From the NCBI GenBank assembly GCA_964057225.1, contig OZ059896.1, positions 248,001 through 312,000 of the forward strand: 64,000 bases of DNA. Reading direction: 5' to 3'. The notes beneath the pieces are model-generated. The model was not told the DNA's origin. It made no database searches and worked only from the letters and a program-made list of their open reading frames with translations. This DNA is from Auanema rhodensis. Lineage: Eukaryota > Animalia > Nematoda. Every line of letters starts with the position of its first letter. The stretch's first letter is position 1. Below, piece after piece: positions 25,921 through 41,887 of this stretch. The translations under genes were made by a program, and so were the position numbers.

Positions 25921-26927
25921 ATATCAATAAAAATTTGTTTTTAGACTAATATGGACATGGGGAATCTAATTTTGAAAACCGCATCTCTTTATCTTTCACG
26001 TGAAGCGAGTTACATACCAAGTGCACATCACGTGTACATTTAATTAGCATAAATTAAAGTTCACGTAAATTTCAAAGTCATGGTTACCATGAACCAATAT
26101 CAATAAAAATTTGTTTTTAGACTAATATGGACATGGGGAATCTAATTTTGAAAACCGCATCTCTTTATCTTTCACGTGAAGCGAGTTACATACCAAGTGC
26201 ACATCACGTGTACATTTAATTAGCATAAATTAAAGTTCACGTAAATTTCAAAGTCATGGTTACCATGAAGCAATATCAATAAAAATTTGTTTTTAGACTA
26301 ATATGGACATGGGGAATCTAATTTTGAAAACCGCATCTCTTTATCTTTCACGTGAAGCGAGTTACATACCAAGTGCACATCACGTGTACATTTAATTAGC
26401 ATGAATTAAAGTTCACGTAAATTTCAAAGTCATGGTTACCATGCACCAATATCAATAAAAATTTGTTTTTAGACTAATATGGACATGGGGAATCTAATTT
26501 TGAAAACCGCATCTCTTTATCTTTCACGTGAAGCGAGTTACATACCAAGTGCACATCACGTGTACATTTAATTAGCATAAATTAAAGTTCACGTAAATTT
26601 CAAAGTCATGGTTACCATGCACCAATATCAATAAAAATTTGTTTTTAGACTAATATGGACATGGGGAATCTAATTTTGAAAACCGCATCTCTTTATCTTT
26701 CACGTGAAGCGAGTTTCATACCAAGTGCACATCACGTGTACATTTAATTAGCATAAATTAAAGTTCACGTAAATTTCAAAGTCATGGTTACCATGAACCA
26801 ATATCAATAAAAATTTGTTTTTAGACTAATATGGACATGGGGAATCTAATTTTGAAAACCGCATCTCTTTATCTTTCACGTGAAGCGAGTTACATACCAA
26901 GTGCACATCACGTGTACATTTAATTAG

Positions 26928-29039
26928 CATAAATTAAAGTTCACGTAAATTTCAAAGTCATGGTTACCATGCACCAATATCAATAAAAATTTGTATTTAG
27001 ACTAATATGGACATGGGGAATCTAATTTTGAAAACCGCATCTCTTTATCTTTCACGTGAAGCGAGTTACATACCAAGTGCACATCACGTGTACATTTAAT
27101 TAGCATAAATTAAAGTTCACGTAAATTTCAAAGTCATGGTTACCATGCACCAATATCAATAAAAATTTGTTTTTAGACTAATATGGACATGGGGAATCTA
27201 ATTTTGAAAACCGCATCTCTTTATCTTTCACGTGAAGCGAGTTACATACCAAGTGCACATCACGTGTACATTTAATTAGCATAAATTAAAGTTCACGTAA
27301 ATTTCAAAGTCATGGTTACCATGAACCAATATCAATAAAAATTTGTTTTTAGACTAATATGGACATGGGGAATCTAATTTTGAAAACCGCATCTCTTTAT
27401 CTTTCACGTGAAGCGAGTTACATACCAAGTGCACATCACGTGTACATTTAATTAGCATAAATTAAAGTTCACGTAAATTTCAAAGTCATGGTTACCATGA
27501 ACCAATATCAATAAAAATTTGTTTTTAGACTAATATGGACATGGGGAATCTAATTTTGAAAACCGCATCTCTTTATCTTTCACGTGAAGCGAGTTACATA
27601 CCAAGTGCACATCACGTGTACATTTAATTAGCATAAATTAAAGTTCACGTAAATTTCAAAGTCATGGTTACCATTAACCAATATCAATAAAAATTTGTTT
27701 TTAGACTAATATGGACATGGGGAATCTAATTTTGAAAACCGCATCTCTTTATCTTTCACGTGAAGCGAGTTACATACCAAGTGCACATCACGTGTACATT
27801 TAATTAGCATAAATTAAAATTCACGTAAATTTCAAAGTCATGGTTACCATGCACCAATATCAATAAAAATTTGTATTTAGACTAATATGGACATGGGGAA
27901 TCTAATTTTGAAAACCGCATCTCTTTATCTTTCACGTGAAGCGAGTTACATACCAAGTGCACATCACGTGTACATTTAATTAGCATAAATTAAAGTTCAC
28001 GTAAATTTCAAAGTCATGGTTACCATGCACCAATATCAATAAAAATTTGTATTTAGACTAATATGGACATGGGGAATCTAATTTTGAAAACCGCATCTCT
28101 TTATCTTTCACGTGAAGCGAGTTACATACCAAGTGCACATCACGTGTACATTTAATTAGCATAAATTAAAGTTCACGTAAATTTCAAAGTCATGGTTACC
28201 ATGCACCAATATCAATAAAAATTTGTTTTTAGACTAATATGGACATGGGGAATCTAATTTTGAAAACCGCATCTCTTTATCTTTCACGTGAAGCGAGTTA
28301 CATACCAAGTGCACATCACGTGTACATTTAATTAGCATAAATTAAAGTTCACGTAAATTTCAAAGTCATGGTTACCATGAACCAATATCAATAAAAATTT
28401 GTTTTTAGACTAATATGGACATGGGGAATCTAATTTTGAAAACCGCATCTCTTTATCTTTCACGTGAAGCGAGTTACATACCAAGTGCACATCACGTGTA
28501 CATTTAATTAGCATAAATTAAAGTTCACGTAAATTTCAAAGTCATGGTTACCATGAACCAATATCAATAAAAATTTGTTTTTAGACTAATATGGACATGG
28601 GGAATCTAATTTTGAAAACCGCATCTCTTTATCTTTCACGTGAAGCGAGTTACATACCAAGTGCACATCACGTGTACATTTAATTAGCATAAATTAAAGT
28701 TCACGTAAATTTCAAAGTCATGGTTACCATTAACCAATATCAATAAAAATTTGTTTTTAGACTAATATGGACATGGGGAATCTAATTTTGAAAACCGCAT
28801 CTCTTTATCTTTCACGTGAAGCGAGTTACATACCAAGTGCACATCACGTGTACATTTAATTAGCATAAATTAAAATTCACGTAAATTTCAAAGTCATGGT
28901 TACCATGCACCAATATCAATAAAAATTTGTATTTAGACTAATATGGACATGGGGAATCTAATTTTGAAAACCGCATCTCTTTATCTTTCACGTGAAGCGA
29001 GTTACATACCAAGTGCACATCACGTGTACATTTAATTAG
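26928..29039 (+). repeat. 6-monomer tandem duplication (1056 bp)
   Basis: CCATTAACC monomer at 27632/28688, followed by the TAAAATTCAC monomer at 27808/28864; the other four types match. Confidence 0.92.
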
Positions 29040-29215
29040 CATAAATTAAAGTTCACGTAAATTTCAAAGTCATGGTTACCATGCACCAATATCAATAAAA
29101 ATTTGTTTTTAGACTAATATGGACATGGGGAATCTAATTTTGAAAACCGCATCTCTTTATCTTTCACGTGAAGCGAGTTACATACCAAGTGCACATCACG
29201 TGTACATTTAATTAG

Positions 29216-32200
29216 CATAAATTAAAGTTCACGTAAATTTCAAAGTCATGGCTACCATGCACCAATATCAATGAAAATTTGTTTTTAGACTAATATGGAC
29301 ATGGGGAATCTAATTTTGAAAACCGCATCTCTTTATCTTTCACGTGAAGCGAGTTACATACCAAGTGCACATCACGTGTACATTTAATTAGCATAAATTA
29401 AAGTTCACGTAAATTTCAAAGTCATGGTTACCATGAACCAATATCAATAAAAATTTGTTTTTAGACTAATATGGACATGGGGAATCTAATTTTGAAAACC
29501 GCATCTCTTTATCTTTCACGTGAAGCGAGTTACATACCAAGTGCACATCACGTGTACATTTAATTAGCATAAATTAAAGTTCACGTTAATTTCAAAGTCA
29601 TGGTTACCATGAACCAATATCAATGAAAATTTGTTTTTAGACTAATATGGACATGGGGAATCTAATTTTGAAAACCGCATCTCTTTATCTTTCACGTGAA
29701 GCGAGTTACATACCAAGTGCACATCACGTGTACATTTAATTAGCATAAATTAAAGTTCACGTAAATTTCAAAGTCATGGTTACCATGAACTAATATCAAT
29801 AAAAATTTTTTTTTAGACTAATATGGACATGGGGAATCTAATTTTGAAAACCGCATCTCTTTATCTTTCACGTGAAGCGAGTTACATACCAAGTGCACAT
29901 CACGTGTACATTTAATTAGCATAAATTAAAGTTCACGTAAATTTCAAAGTCATGGTTACCATTAACCAATATCAATAAAAATTTGTTTTTAGACTAATAT
30001 GGACATGGGGAATCTAATTTTGAAAACCGCATCTCTTTATCTTTCACGTGAAGCGAGTTACATACCAAGTGCACATCACGTGTACATTTAATTAGCATAA
30101 ATTAAAGTTCACGTAAATTTCAAAGTCATGGTTACCATGCACCAATATCAATAAAAATTTGTATTTAGACTAATATGGACATGGGGAATCTAATTTTGAA
30201 AACCGCATCTCTTTATCTTTCACGTGAAGCGAGTTACATACCAAGTGCACATCACGTGTACATTTAATTAGCATAAATTAAAGTTCACGTAAATTTCAAA
30301 GTCATGGTTACCATGCACCAATATCAATAAAAATTTGTTTTTAGACTAATATGGACATGGGGAATCTAATTTTGAAAACCGCATCTCTTTATCTTTCACG
30401 TGAAGCGAGTTACATACCAAGTGCACATCACGTGTACATTTAATTAGCATAAATTAAAGTTCACGTAAATTTCAAAGTCATGGTTACCATGCACCAATAT
30501 CAATAAAAATTTGTATTTAGACTAATATGGACATGGGGAATCTAATTTTGAAAACCGCATCTCTTTATCTTTCACGTGAAGCGAGTTACATACCAAGTGC
30601 ACATCACGTGTACATTTAATTAGCATAAATTAAAGTTCACGTAAATTTCAAAGTCATGGCTACCATGCACCAATATCAATGAAAATTTGTTTTTAGACTA
30701 ATATGGACATGGGGAATCTAATTTTGAAAACCGCATCTCTTTATCTTTCACGTGAAGCGAGTTACATACCAAGTGCACATCACGTGTACATTTAATTAGC
30801 ATAAATTAAAGTTCACGTAAATTTCAAAGTCATGGTTACCATGAACCAATATCAATAAAAATTTGTTTTTAGACTAATATGGACATGGGGAATCTAATTT
30901 TGAAAACCGCATCTCTTTATCTTTCACGTGAAGCGAGTTACATACCAAGTGCACATCACGTGTACATTTAATTAGCATAAATTAAAGTTCACGTAAATTT
31001 CAAAGTCATGGTTACCATGAACCAATATCAATAAAAATTTGTTTTTAGACTAATATGGACATGGGGAATCTAATTTTGAAAACCGCATCTCTTTATCTTT
31101 CACGTGAAGCGAGTTACATACCAAGTGCACATCACGTGTACATTTAATTAGCATAAATTAAAGTTCACGTTAATTTCAAAGTCATGGTTACCATGAACCA
31201 ATATCAATGAAAATTTGTATTTAGACTAATATGGACATGGGGAATCTAATTTTGAAAACCGCATCTCTTTATCTTTCACGTGAAGCGAGTTACATACCAA
31301 GTGCACATCACGTGTACATTTAATTAGCATAAATTAAAGTTCACGTAAATTTCAAAGTCATGGTTACCATGCACCAATATCAATAAAAATTTGTATTTAG
31401 ACTAATATGGACATGGGGAATCTAATTTTGAAAACCGCATCTCTTTATCTTTCACGTGAAGCGAGTTACATACCAAGTGCACATCACGTGTACATTTAAT
31501 TAGCATAAATTAAAGTTCACGTAAATTTCAAAGTCATGGCTACCATGCACCAATATCAATGAAAATTTGTTTTTAGACTAATATGGACATGGGGAATCTA
31601 ATTTTGAAAACCGCATCTCTTTATCTTTCACGTGAAGCGAGTTACATACCAAGTGCACATCACGTGTACATTTAATTAGCATAAATTAAAGTTCACGTAA
31701 ATTTCAAAGTCATGGTTACCATGAACCAATATCAATAAAAATTTGTTTTTAGACTAATATGGACATGGGGAATCTAATTTTGAAAACCGCATCTCTTTAT
31801 CTTTCACGTGAAGCGAGTTACATACCAAGTGCACATCACGTGTACATTTAATTAGCATAAATTAAAGTTCACGTAAATTTCAAAGTCATGGTTACCATGA
31901 ACCAATATCAATAAAAATTTGTTTTTAGACTAATATGGACATGGGGAATCTAATTTTGAAAACCGCATCTCTTTATCTTTCACGTGAAGCGAGTTACATA
32001 CCAAGTGCACATCACGTGTACATTTAATTAGCATAAATTAAAGTTCACGTTAATTTCAAAGTCATGGTTACCATGAACCAATATCAATGAAAATTTGTTT
32101 TTAGACTAATATGGACATGGGGAATCTAATTTTGAAAACCGCATCTCTTTATCTTTCACGTGAAGCGAGTTACATACCAAGTGCACATCACGTGTACATT

Positions 32201-33791
32201 TAATTAGCATAAATTAAAGTTCACGTAAATTTCAAAGTCATGGTTACCATGAACTAATATCAATAAAAATTTGTTTTTAGACTAATATGGACATGGGGAA
32301 TCTAATTTTGAAAACCGCATCTCTTTATCTTTCACGTGAAGCGAGTTACATACCAAGTGCACATCACGTGTACATTTAATTAGCATAAATTAAAGTTCAC
32401 GTAAATTTCAAAGTCATGGTTACCATTAACCAATATCAATAAAAATTTGTTTTTAGACTAATATGGACATGGGGAATCTAATTTTAAAAACCGCATCTCT
32501 TTATCTTTCACGTGAAGCGAGTTACATACCAAGTGCACATCACGTGTACATTTAATTAGCATAAATTAAAGTTCACGTAAATTTCAAAGTCATGGTTACC
32601 ATGCACCAATATCAATAAAAATTTGTATTTAGACTAATATGGACATGGGGAATCTAATTTTGAAAACCGCATCTCTTTATCTTTCACGTGAAGCGAGTTA
32701 CATACCAAGTGCACATCACGTGTACATTTAATTAGCATAAATTAAAGTTCACGTAAATTTCAAAGTCATGGTTACCATGCACCAATATCAATAAAAATTT
32801 GTTTTTAGACTAATATGGACATGGGGAATCTAATTTTGAAAACCGCATCTCTTTATCTTTCACGTGAAGCGAGTTACATACCAAGTGCACATCACGTGTA
32901 CATTTAATTAGCATAAATTAAAGTTCACGTAAATTTCAAAGTCATGGTTACCATGCACCAATATCAATAAAAATTTGTATTTAGACTAATATGGACATGG
33001 GGAATCTAATTTTGAAAACCGCATCTCTTTATCTTTCACGTGAAGCGAGTTACATACCAAGTGCACATCACGTGTACATTTAATTAGCATAAATTAAAGT
33101 TCACGTAAATTTCAAAGTCATGGCTACCATGCACCAATATCAATGAAAATTTGTTTTTAGACTAATATGGACATGGGGAATCTAATTTTGAAAACCGCAT
33201 CTCTTTATCTTTCACGTGAAGCGAGTTACATACCAAGTGCACATCACGTGTACATTTAATTAGCATAAATTAAAGTTCACGTAAATTTCAAAGTCATGGT
33301 TACCATGAACCAATATCAATAAAAATTTGTTTTTAGACTAATATGGACATGGGGAATCTAATTTTGAAAACCGCATCTCTTTATCTTTCACGTGAAGCGA
33401 GTTACATACCAAGTGCACATCACGTGTACATTTAATTAGCATAAATTAAAGTTCACGTTAATTTCAAAGTCATGGTTACCATGAACCAATATCAATGAAA
33501 ATTTGTTTTTAGACTAATATGGACATGGGGAATCTAATTTTGAAAACCGCATCTCTTTATCTTTCACGTGAAGCGAGTTACATACCAAGTGCACATCACG
33601 TGTACATTTAATTAGCATAAATTAAAGTTCACGTAAATTTCAAAGTCATGGTTACCATGAACTAATATCAATAAAAATTTGTTTTTAGACTAATATGGAC
33701 ATGGGGAATCTAATTTTGAAAACCGCATCTCTTTATCTTTCACGTGAAGCGAGTTACATACCAAGTGCACATCACGTGTACATTTAATTAG
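29216..33791 (+). repeat. Irregular nested duplications (periods 8, 5 and 9 monomers)
   Basis: GGCTACC+AATGAAA monomer at 29216, 30624, 31504, 33088; CACGTTAAT monomer at 29568, 31152, 32032, 33440. Confidence 0.85.
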
Positions 33792-36700
33792 CATAAATTA
33801 AAGTTCACGTAAATTTCAAAGTCATGGTTACCATGAAGCAATATCAATAAAAATTTGTTTTTAGACTAATATGGACATGGGGAATCTAATTTTGAAAACC
33901 GCATCTCTTTATCTTTCACGTGAAGCGAGTTACATACCAAGTGCACATCACGTGTACATTTAATTAGCATAAATTAAAGTTCACGTAAATTTCAAAGTCA
34001 TGGTTACCATGAAGCAATATCAATAAAAATTTGTTTTTAGACTAATATGGACATGGGGAATCTAATTTTGAAAACCGCATCTCTTTATCTTTCACGTGAA
34101 GCGAGTTACATACCAAGTGCACATCACGTGTACATTTAATTAGCATAAATTAAAGTTCACGTAAATTTCAAAGTCATGGTTACCATGAACCAATATCAAT
34201 AAAAATTTGTTTTTAGACTAATATGGACATGGGGAATCTAATTTTGAAAACCGCATCTCTTTATCTTTCACGTGAAGCGAGTTACATACCAAGTGCACAT
34301 CACGTGTACATTTAATTAGCATAAATTAAAGTTCACGTAAATTTCAAAGTCATGGTTACCATGAACCAATATCAATGAAAATTTGTTTTTAGACTAATAT
34401 GGACATGGGGAATCTAATTTTGAAAACCGCATCTCTTTATCTTTCACGTGAAGCGAGTTACATACCAAGTGCACATCACGTGTACATTTAATTAGCATAA
34501 ATTAAAGTTCACGTAAATTTCAAAGTCATGGTTACCATGCACCAATATCAATAAAAATTTGTTTTTAGACTAATATGGACATGGGGAATCTAATTTTGAA
34601 AACCGCATCTCTTTATCTTTCACGTGAAGCGAGTTACATACCAAGTGCACATCACGTGTACATTTAATTAGCATAAATTAAAGTTCACGTAAATTTCAAA
34701 GTTATGGTTACCATGCACCAATATCAATAAAAATTTGTTTTTAGACTAATATGGACATGGGGAATCTAATTTTGAAAACCGCATCTCTTTATCTTTCACG
34801 TGAAGCGAGTTACATACCAAGTGCACATCACGTGTACATTTAATTAGCATAAATTAAAGTTCACGTAAATTTCAAAGTCATGGTTACCATGAACCAATAT
34901 CAATAAAAATTTGTTTTTAGACTAATATGGACATGGGGAATCTAATTTTGAAAACCGCATCTCTTTATCTTTCACGTGAAGCGAGTTACATACCAAGTGC
35001 ACATCACGTGTACATTTAATTAGCATAAATTAAAGTTCACGTAAATTTCAAAGTCATGGTTACCATGAACCAATATCAATAAAAATTTGTTTTTAGACTA
35101 ATATGGACATGGGGAATCTAATTTTGAAAACCGCATCTCTTTATCTTTCACGTGAAGCGAGTTACATACCAAGTGCACATCACGTGTACATTTAATTAGC
35201 ATAAATTAAAGTTCACGTAAATTTCAAAGTCATGGTTACCATGCACCAATATCAATAAAAATTTGTTTTTAGACTAATATGGACATGGGGAATCTAATTT
35301 TGAAAACCGCATCTCTTTATCTTTCACGTGAAGCGAGTTACATACCAAGTGCACATCACGTGTACATTTAATTAGCATAAATTAAAGTTCACGTAAATTT
35401 CAAAGTCATGGTTACCATGAACCAATATCAATTAAAATTTGTTTTTAGACTAATATGGACATGGGGAATCTAATTTTGAAAACCGCATCTCTTTATCTTT
35501 CACGTGAAGCGAGTTACATACCAAGTGCACATCACGTGTACATTTAATTAGCATAAATTAAAGTTCACGTAAATTTCAAAGTCATGGTTACCATGCACCA
35601 ATATCAATAAAAATTTGTTTTTAGACTAATATGGACATGGGGAATCTAATTTTGAAAACCGCATCTCGTTATCTTTCACGTGAAGCGAGTTACATACCAA
35701 GTGCACATCACGTGTACATTTAATTAGCATAAATTAAAGTTCACGTAAAATTCAAAGTCATGGTTACCATGCACCAATATCAATAAAAATTTGTTTTTAG
35801 ACTAATATGGACATGGGGAATCTAATTTTGAAAACCGCATCTCTTTATCTTTCACGTGAAGCGAGTTACATACCAAGTGCACATCACGTGTACATTTAAT
35901 TAGCATAAATTAAAGTTCACGTAAATTTCAAAGTCATGGTTACCATGCACCAATATCAATAAAAAGTTGTTTTTAGACTAATATGGACATGGGGAATCTA
36001 ATTTTGAAAACCGCATCTCTTTATCTTTCACGTGAAGCGAGTTACATACCAAGTGCACATCACGTGTACATTTAATTAGCATAAATTAAAGTTCACGTAA
36101 ATTTCAAAGTCATGGTTACCATGCACCAATATCAATAAAAATTTGTTTTTAGACTAATATGGACATGGGGAATCTAATTTTGAAAACCGCATCTCTTTAT
36201 CTTTCACGTGAAGCGAGTTACATACCAAGTGCACATCACGTGTACATTTAATTAGCATAAATTAAAGTTCACGTAAATTTCAAAGTCATGGTTACCATGC
36301 ACCAATATCAATAAAAATTTGTTTTTAGACTAATATGGACATGGGGAATCTAATTTTGAAAACCGCATCTCTTTATCTTTCACGTGAAGCGAGTTACATA
36401 CCAAGTGCACATCACGTGTACATTTAATTAGCATAAATTAAAGTTCACGTAAATTTCAAAGTCATGGTTACCATGCACCAATATCAATAAAAATTTGTTT
36501 TTAGACTAATATGGACATGGGGAATCTAATTTTGAAAACCGCATCTCTTTATCTTTCACGTGAAGCGAGTTTCATACCAAGTGCACATCACGTGTACATT
36601 TAATTAGCATAAATTAAAGTTCACGTAAATTTCAAAGTCATGGTTACCATGAACCAATATCAATAAAAATTTGTTTTTAGACTAATATGGACATGGGGAA

Positions 36701-39700
36701 TCTAATTTTGAAAACCGCATCTCTTTATCTTTCACGTGAAGCGAGTTACATACCAAGTGCACATCACGTGTACATTTAATTAGCATAAATTAAAGTTCAC
36801 GTAAATTTCAAAGTCATGGTTACCATGAACCAATATCAATAAAAATTTGTTTTTAGACTAATATGGACATGGGGAATCTAATTTTGAAAACCGCATCTCT
36901 TTATCTTTCACGTGAAGCGAGTTACATACCAAGTGCACATCACGTGTACATTTAATTAGCATAAATTAAAGTTCACGTAAATTTCAAAGTCATGGTTACC
37001 ATGCACCAATATCAATAAAAATTTGTATTTAGACTAATATGGACATGGGGAATCTAATTTTGAAAACCGCATCTCTTTATCTTTCACGTGAAGCGAGTTA
37101 CATACCAAGTGCACATCACGTGTACATTTAATTAGCATAAATTAAAGTTCACGTAAATTTCAAAGTCATGGTTACCATGCACCAATATCAATAAAAATTT
37201 GTTTTTAGACTAATATGGACATGGGGAATCTAATTTTGAAAACCGCATCTCTTTATCTTTCACGTGAAGCGAGTTACATACCAAGTGCACATCACGTGTA
37301 CATTTAATTAGCATAAATTAAAGTTCACGTAAATTTCAAAGTCATGGTTACCATGAACCAATATCAATAAAAATTTGTTTTTAGACTAATATGGACATGG
37401 GGAATCTAATTTTGAAAACCGCATCTCTTTATCTTTCACGTGAAGCGAGTTACATACCAAGTGCACATCACGTGTACATTTAATTAGCATAAATTAAAGT
37501 TCACGTAAATTTCAAAGTCATGGTTACCATGAACCAATATCAATGAAAATTTGTTTTTAGACTAATATGGACATGGGGAATCTAATTTTGAAAACCGCAT
37601 CTCTTTATCTTTCACGTGAAGCGAGTTACATACCAAGTGCACATCACGTGTACATTTAATTAGCATAAATTAAAGTTCACGTAAATTTCAAAGTCATGGT
37701 TACCATGCACCAATATCAATAAAAATTTGTTTTTAGACTAATATGGACATGGGGAATCTAATTTTGAAAACCGCATCTCTTTATCTTTCACGTGAAGCGA
37801 GTTACATACCAAGTGCACATCACGTGTACATTTAATTAGCATAAATTAAAGTTCACGTAAATTTCAAAGTCATGGTTACCATGAACCAATATCAATAAAA
37901 ATTTGTTTTTAGACTAATATGGACATGGGGAATCTAATTTTGAAAACCGCATCTCTTTATCTTTCACGTGAAGCGAGTTACATACCAAGTGCACATCACG
38001 TGTACATTTAATTAGCATAAATTAAAGTTCACGTAAATTTCAAAGTTATGGTTACCATGCACCAATATCAATAAAAATTTGTTTTTAGACTAATATGGAC
38101 ATGGGGAATCTAATTTTGAAAACCGCATCTCTTTATCTTTCACGTGAAGCGAGTTACATACCAAGTGCACATCACGTGTACATTTAATTAGCATAAATTA
38201 AAGTTCACGTAAATTTCAAAGTCATGGTTACCATGAACCAATATCAATAAAAATTTGTTTTTAGACTAATATGGACATGGGGAATCTAATTTTGAAAACC
38301 GCATCTCTTTATCTTTCACGTGAAGCGAGTTACATACCAAGTGCACATCACGTGTACATTTAATTAGCATAAATTAAAGTTCACGTAAATTTCAAAGTCA
38401 TGGTTACCATGAACCAATATCAATAAAAATTTGTTTTTAGACTAATATGGACATGGGGAATCTAATTTTGAAAACCGCATCTCTTTATCTTTCACGTGAA
38501 GCGAGTTACATACCAAGTGCACATCACGTGTACATTTAATTAGCATAAATTAAAGTTCACGTAAATTTCAAAGTCATGGTTACCATGAACCAATATCAAT
38601 AAAAATTTGTTTTTAGACTAATATGGACATGGGGAATCTAATTTTGAAAACCGCATCTCTTTATCTTCCACGTGAAGCGAGTTACATACCAAGTGCACAT
38701 CACGTGTACATTTAATTAGCATAAATTAAAGTTCACGTAAATTTCAAAGTCATGGTTACCATGAAGCAATATCAATAAAAATTTGTTTTTAGACTAATAT
38801 GGACATGGGGAATCTAATTTTGAAAACCGCATCTCTTTATCTTTCACGTGAAGCGAGTTACATACCAAGTGCACATCACGTGTACATTCAATTAGCATAA
38901 ATTAAAGTTCACGTAAATTTCAAAGTCATGGTTACCATGCACCAATATCAATAAAAATTTGTTTTTAGACTAATATGGACATGGGGAATCTAATTTTGAA
39001 AACCGCATCTCTTTATCTTTCACGTGAAGCGAGTTACATACCAAGTGCACATCACGTGTACATTTAATTAGCATAAATTAAAGTTCACGTAAATTTCAAA
39101 GTCATGGTTACCATGAAGCAATATCAATAAAAATTTGTTTTTAGACTAATATGGACATGAAGAATCTAATTTTGAAAACCGCATCTCTTTATCTTTCACG
39201 TGAAGCGAGTTACATACCAAGTGCACATCACGTGTACATTTAATTAGCATAAATTAAAGTTCACGTAAATTTCAAAGTCATGGTTACCATGAACCAATAT
39301 CAATAAAAATTTGTTTTTAGACTAATATGGACATGGGGAATCTAATTTTGAAAACCGCATCTCTTTATCTTTCACGTGAAGCGAGTTACATACCAAGTGC
39401 ACATCACGTGTACATTTAATTAGCATAAATTAAAGTTCACGTAAATTTCAAAGTCATGGTTACCATGAACCAATATCAATAAAAATTTGTTTTTAGACTA
39501 ATATGGACATGGGTAATCTATTTTTGAAAACCGCATCTCTTTATCTTTCACGTGAAGCGAGTTACATACCAAGTGCACATCACGTGTACATTTAATTAGC
39601 ATAAATTAAAGTTCACGTAAATTTCAAAGTCATGGTTACCATGCACCAATATCAATAAAAATTTGTTTTTAGACTAATATGGACATGGGGAATCTAATTT

Positions 39701-41887
39701 TGAAAACCGCATCTCTTTATCTTTCACGTGAAGCGAGTTACATACCAAGTGCACATCACGTGTACATTTAATTAGCATAAATTAAAGTTCACGTAAATTT
39801 CAAAGTCATGGTTACCATGAACCAATATCAATAAAAATTTGTTTTTAGACTAATATGGACATGGGGAATCTAATTTTGAAAACCGCATCTCTTTATCTTT
39901 CACGTGAAGCGAGTTACATACCAAGTGCACATCACGTGTACATTTAATTAGCATAAATTAAAGTTCACGTAAATTTCAAAGTCATGGTTACCATGCACCA
40001 ATATCAATAAAAAGTTGTTTTTAGACTAATATGGACATGGGGAATCTAATTTTGAAAACCGCATCTCTTTATCTTTCACGTGAAGCGAGTTACATACCAA
40101 GTGCACATCACGTGTACATTTAATTAGCATAAATTAAAGTTCACGTAAATTTCAAAGTCATGGTTACCATGCACCAATATCAATAAAAATTTGTTTTTAG
40201 ACTAATATGGACATGGGGAATCTAATTTTGAAAACCGCATCTCTTTATCTTTCACGTGAAGCGAGTTACATACCAAGTGCACATCACGTGTACATTTAAT
40301 TAGCATAAATTAAAGTTCACGTAAATTTCAAAGTCATGGTTACCATGCACCAATATCAATAAAAATTTGTTTTTAGACTAATATGGACATGGGGAATCTA
40401 ATTTTGAAAACCGCATCTCTTTATCTTTCACGTGAAGCGAGTTACATACCAAGTGCACATCACGTGTACATTTAATTAGCATAAATTAAAGTTCACGTAA
40501 ATTTCAAAGTCATGGTTACCATGAAGCAATATCAATAAAAATTTGTTTTTAGACTAATATGGACATGGGGAATCTAATTTTGAAAACCGCATCTCTTTAT
40601 ATTTCACGTGAAGCGAGTTACATACCAAGTGCACATCACGTGTACATTTAATTAGCATAAATTAAAGTTCACGTAAATTTCAAAGTCATGGTTACCATGA
40701 ACCAATATCAATAAAAATTTGTTTTTAGACTAATATGGACATGGGGAATCTAATTTTGAAAACCGCATCTCTTTATCTTTCACGTGAAGCGAGTTACATA
40801 CCAAGTGCACATCACGTGTACATTTAATTAGCATAAATTAAAGTTCACGTAAATTTCAAAGTCATGGTTACCATGAACCAATATCAATGAAAATTTGTTT
40901 TTAGACTAATATGGACATGGGGAATCTAATTTTGAAAACAGCATCTCTTTATCTTTCACGTGAAGCGAGTTACATACCAAGTGCACATCACGTGTACATT
41001 TAATTAGCATAAATTAAAGTTCACGTAAATTTCAAAGTCATGGTTACCATGCACCAATATCAATAAAAATTTGTTTTTAGACTAATATGGACATGGGGAA
41101 TCTAATTTTGAAAACCGCATCTCTTTATCTTTCACGTGAAGCGAGTTACATACCAAGTGCACATCACGTGTACATTTAATTAGCATAAATTAAAGTTCAC
41201 GTAAATTTCAAAGTCATGGTTACCATGAACCAATATCAATAAAAATTTGTTTTTAGACTAATATGGACATGGGGAATCTAATTTTGAAAACCGCATCTCT
41301 TTATCTTTCACGTGAAGCGAGTTACATACCAAGTGCACATCACGTGTACATTTAATTAGCATAAATTAAAGTTCACGTAAATTTCAAAGTTATGGTTACC
41401 ATGCACCAATATCAATAAAAATTTGTTTTTAGACTAATATGGACATGGGGAATCTAATTTTGAAAACCGCATCTCTTTATCTTTCACGTGAAGCGAGTTA
41501 CATACCAAGTGCACATCACGTGTACATTTAATTAGCATAAATTAAAGTTCACGTAAATTTCAAAGTCATGGTTACCATGAACCAATATCAATAAAAATTT
41601 GTTTTTAGACTAATATGGACATGGGGAATCTAATTTTGAAAACCGCATCTCTTTATCTTTCACGTGAAGCGAGTTACATACCAAGTGCACATCACGTGTA
41701 CATTTAATTAGCATAAATTAAAGTTCACGTAAAATTCAAAGTCATGGTTACCATGCACCAATATCAATAAAAATTTGTTTTTAGACTAATATGGACATGG
41801 GGAATCTAATTTTGAAAACCGCATCTCTTTATCTTTCACGTGAAGCGAGTTACATACCAAGTGCACATCACGTGTACATTTAATTAG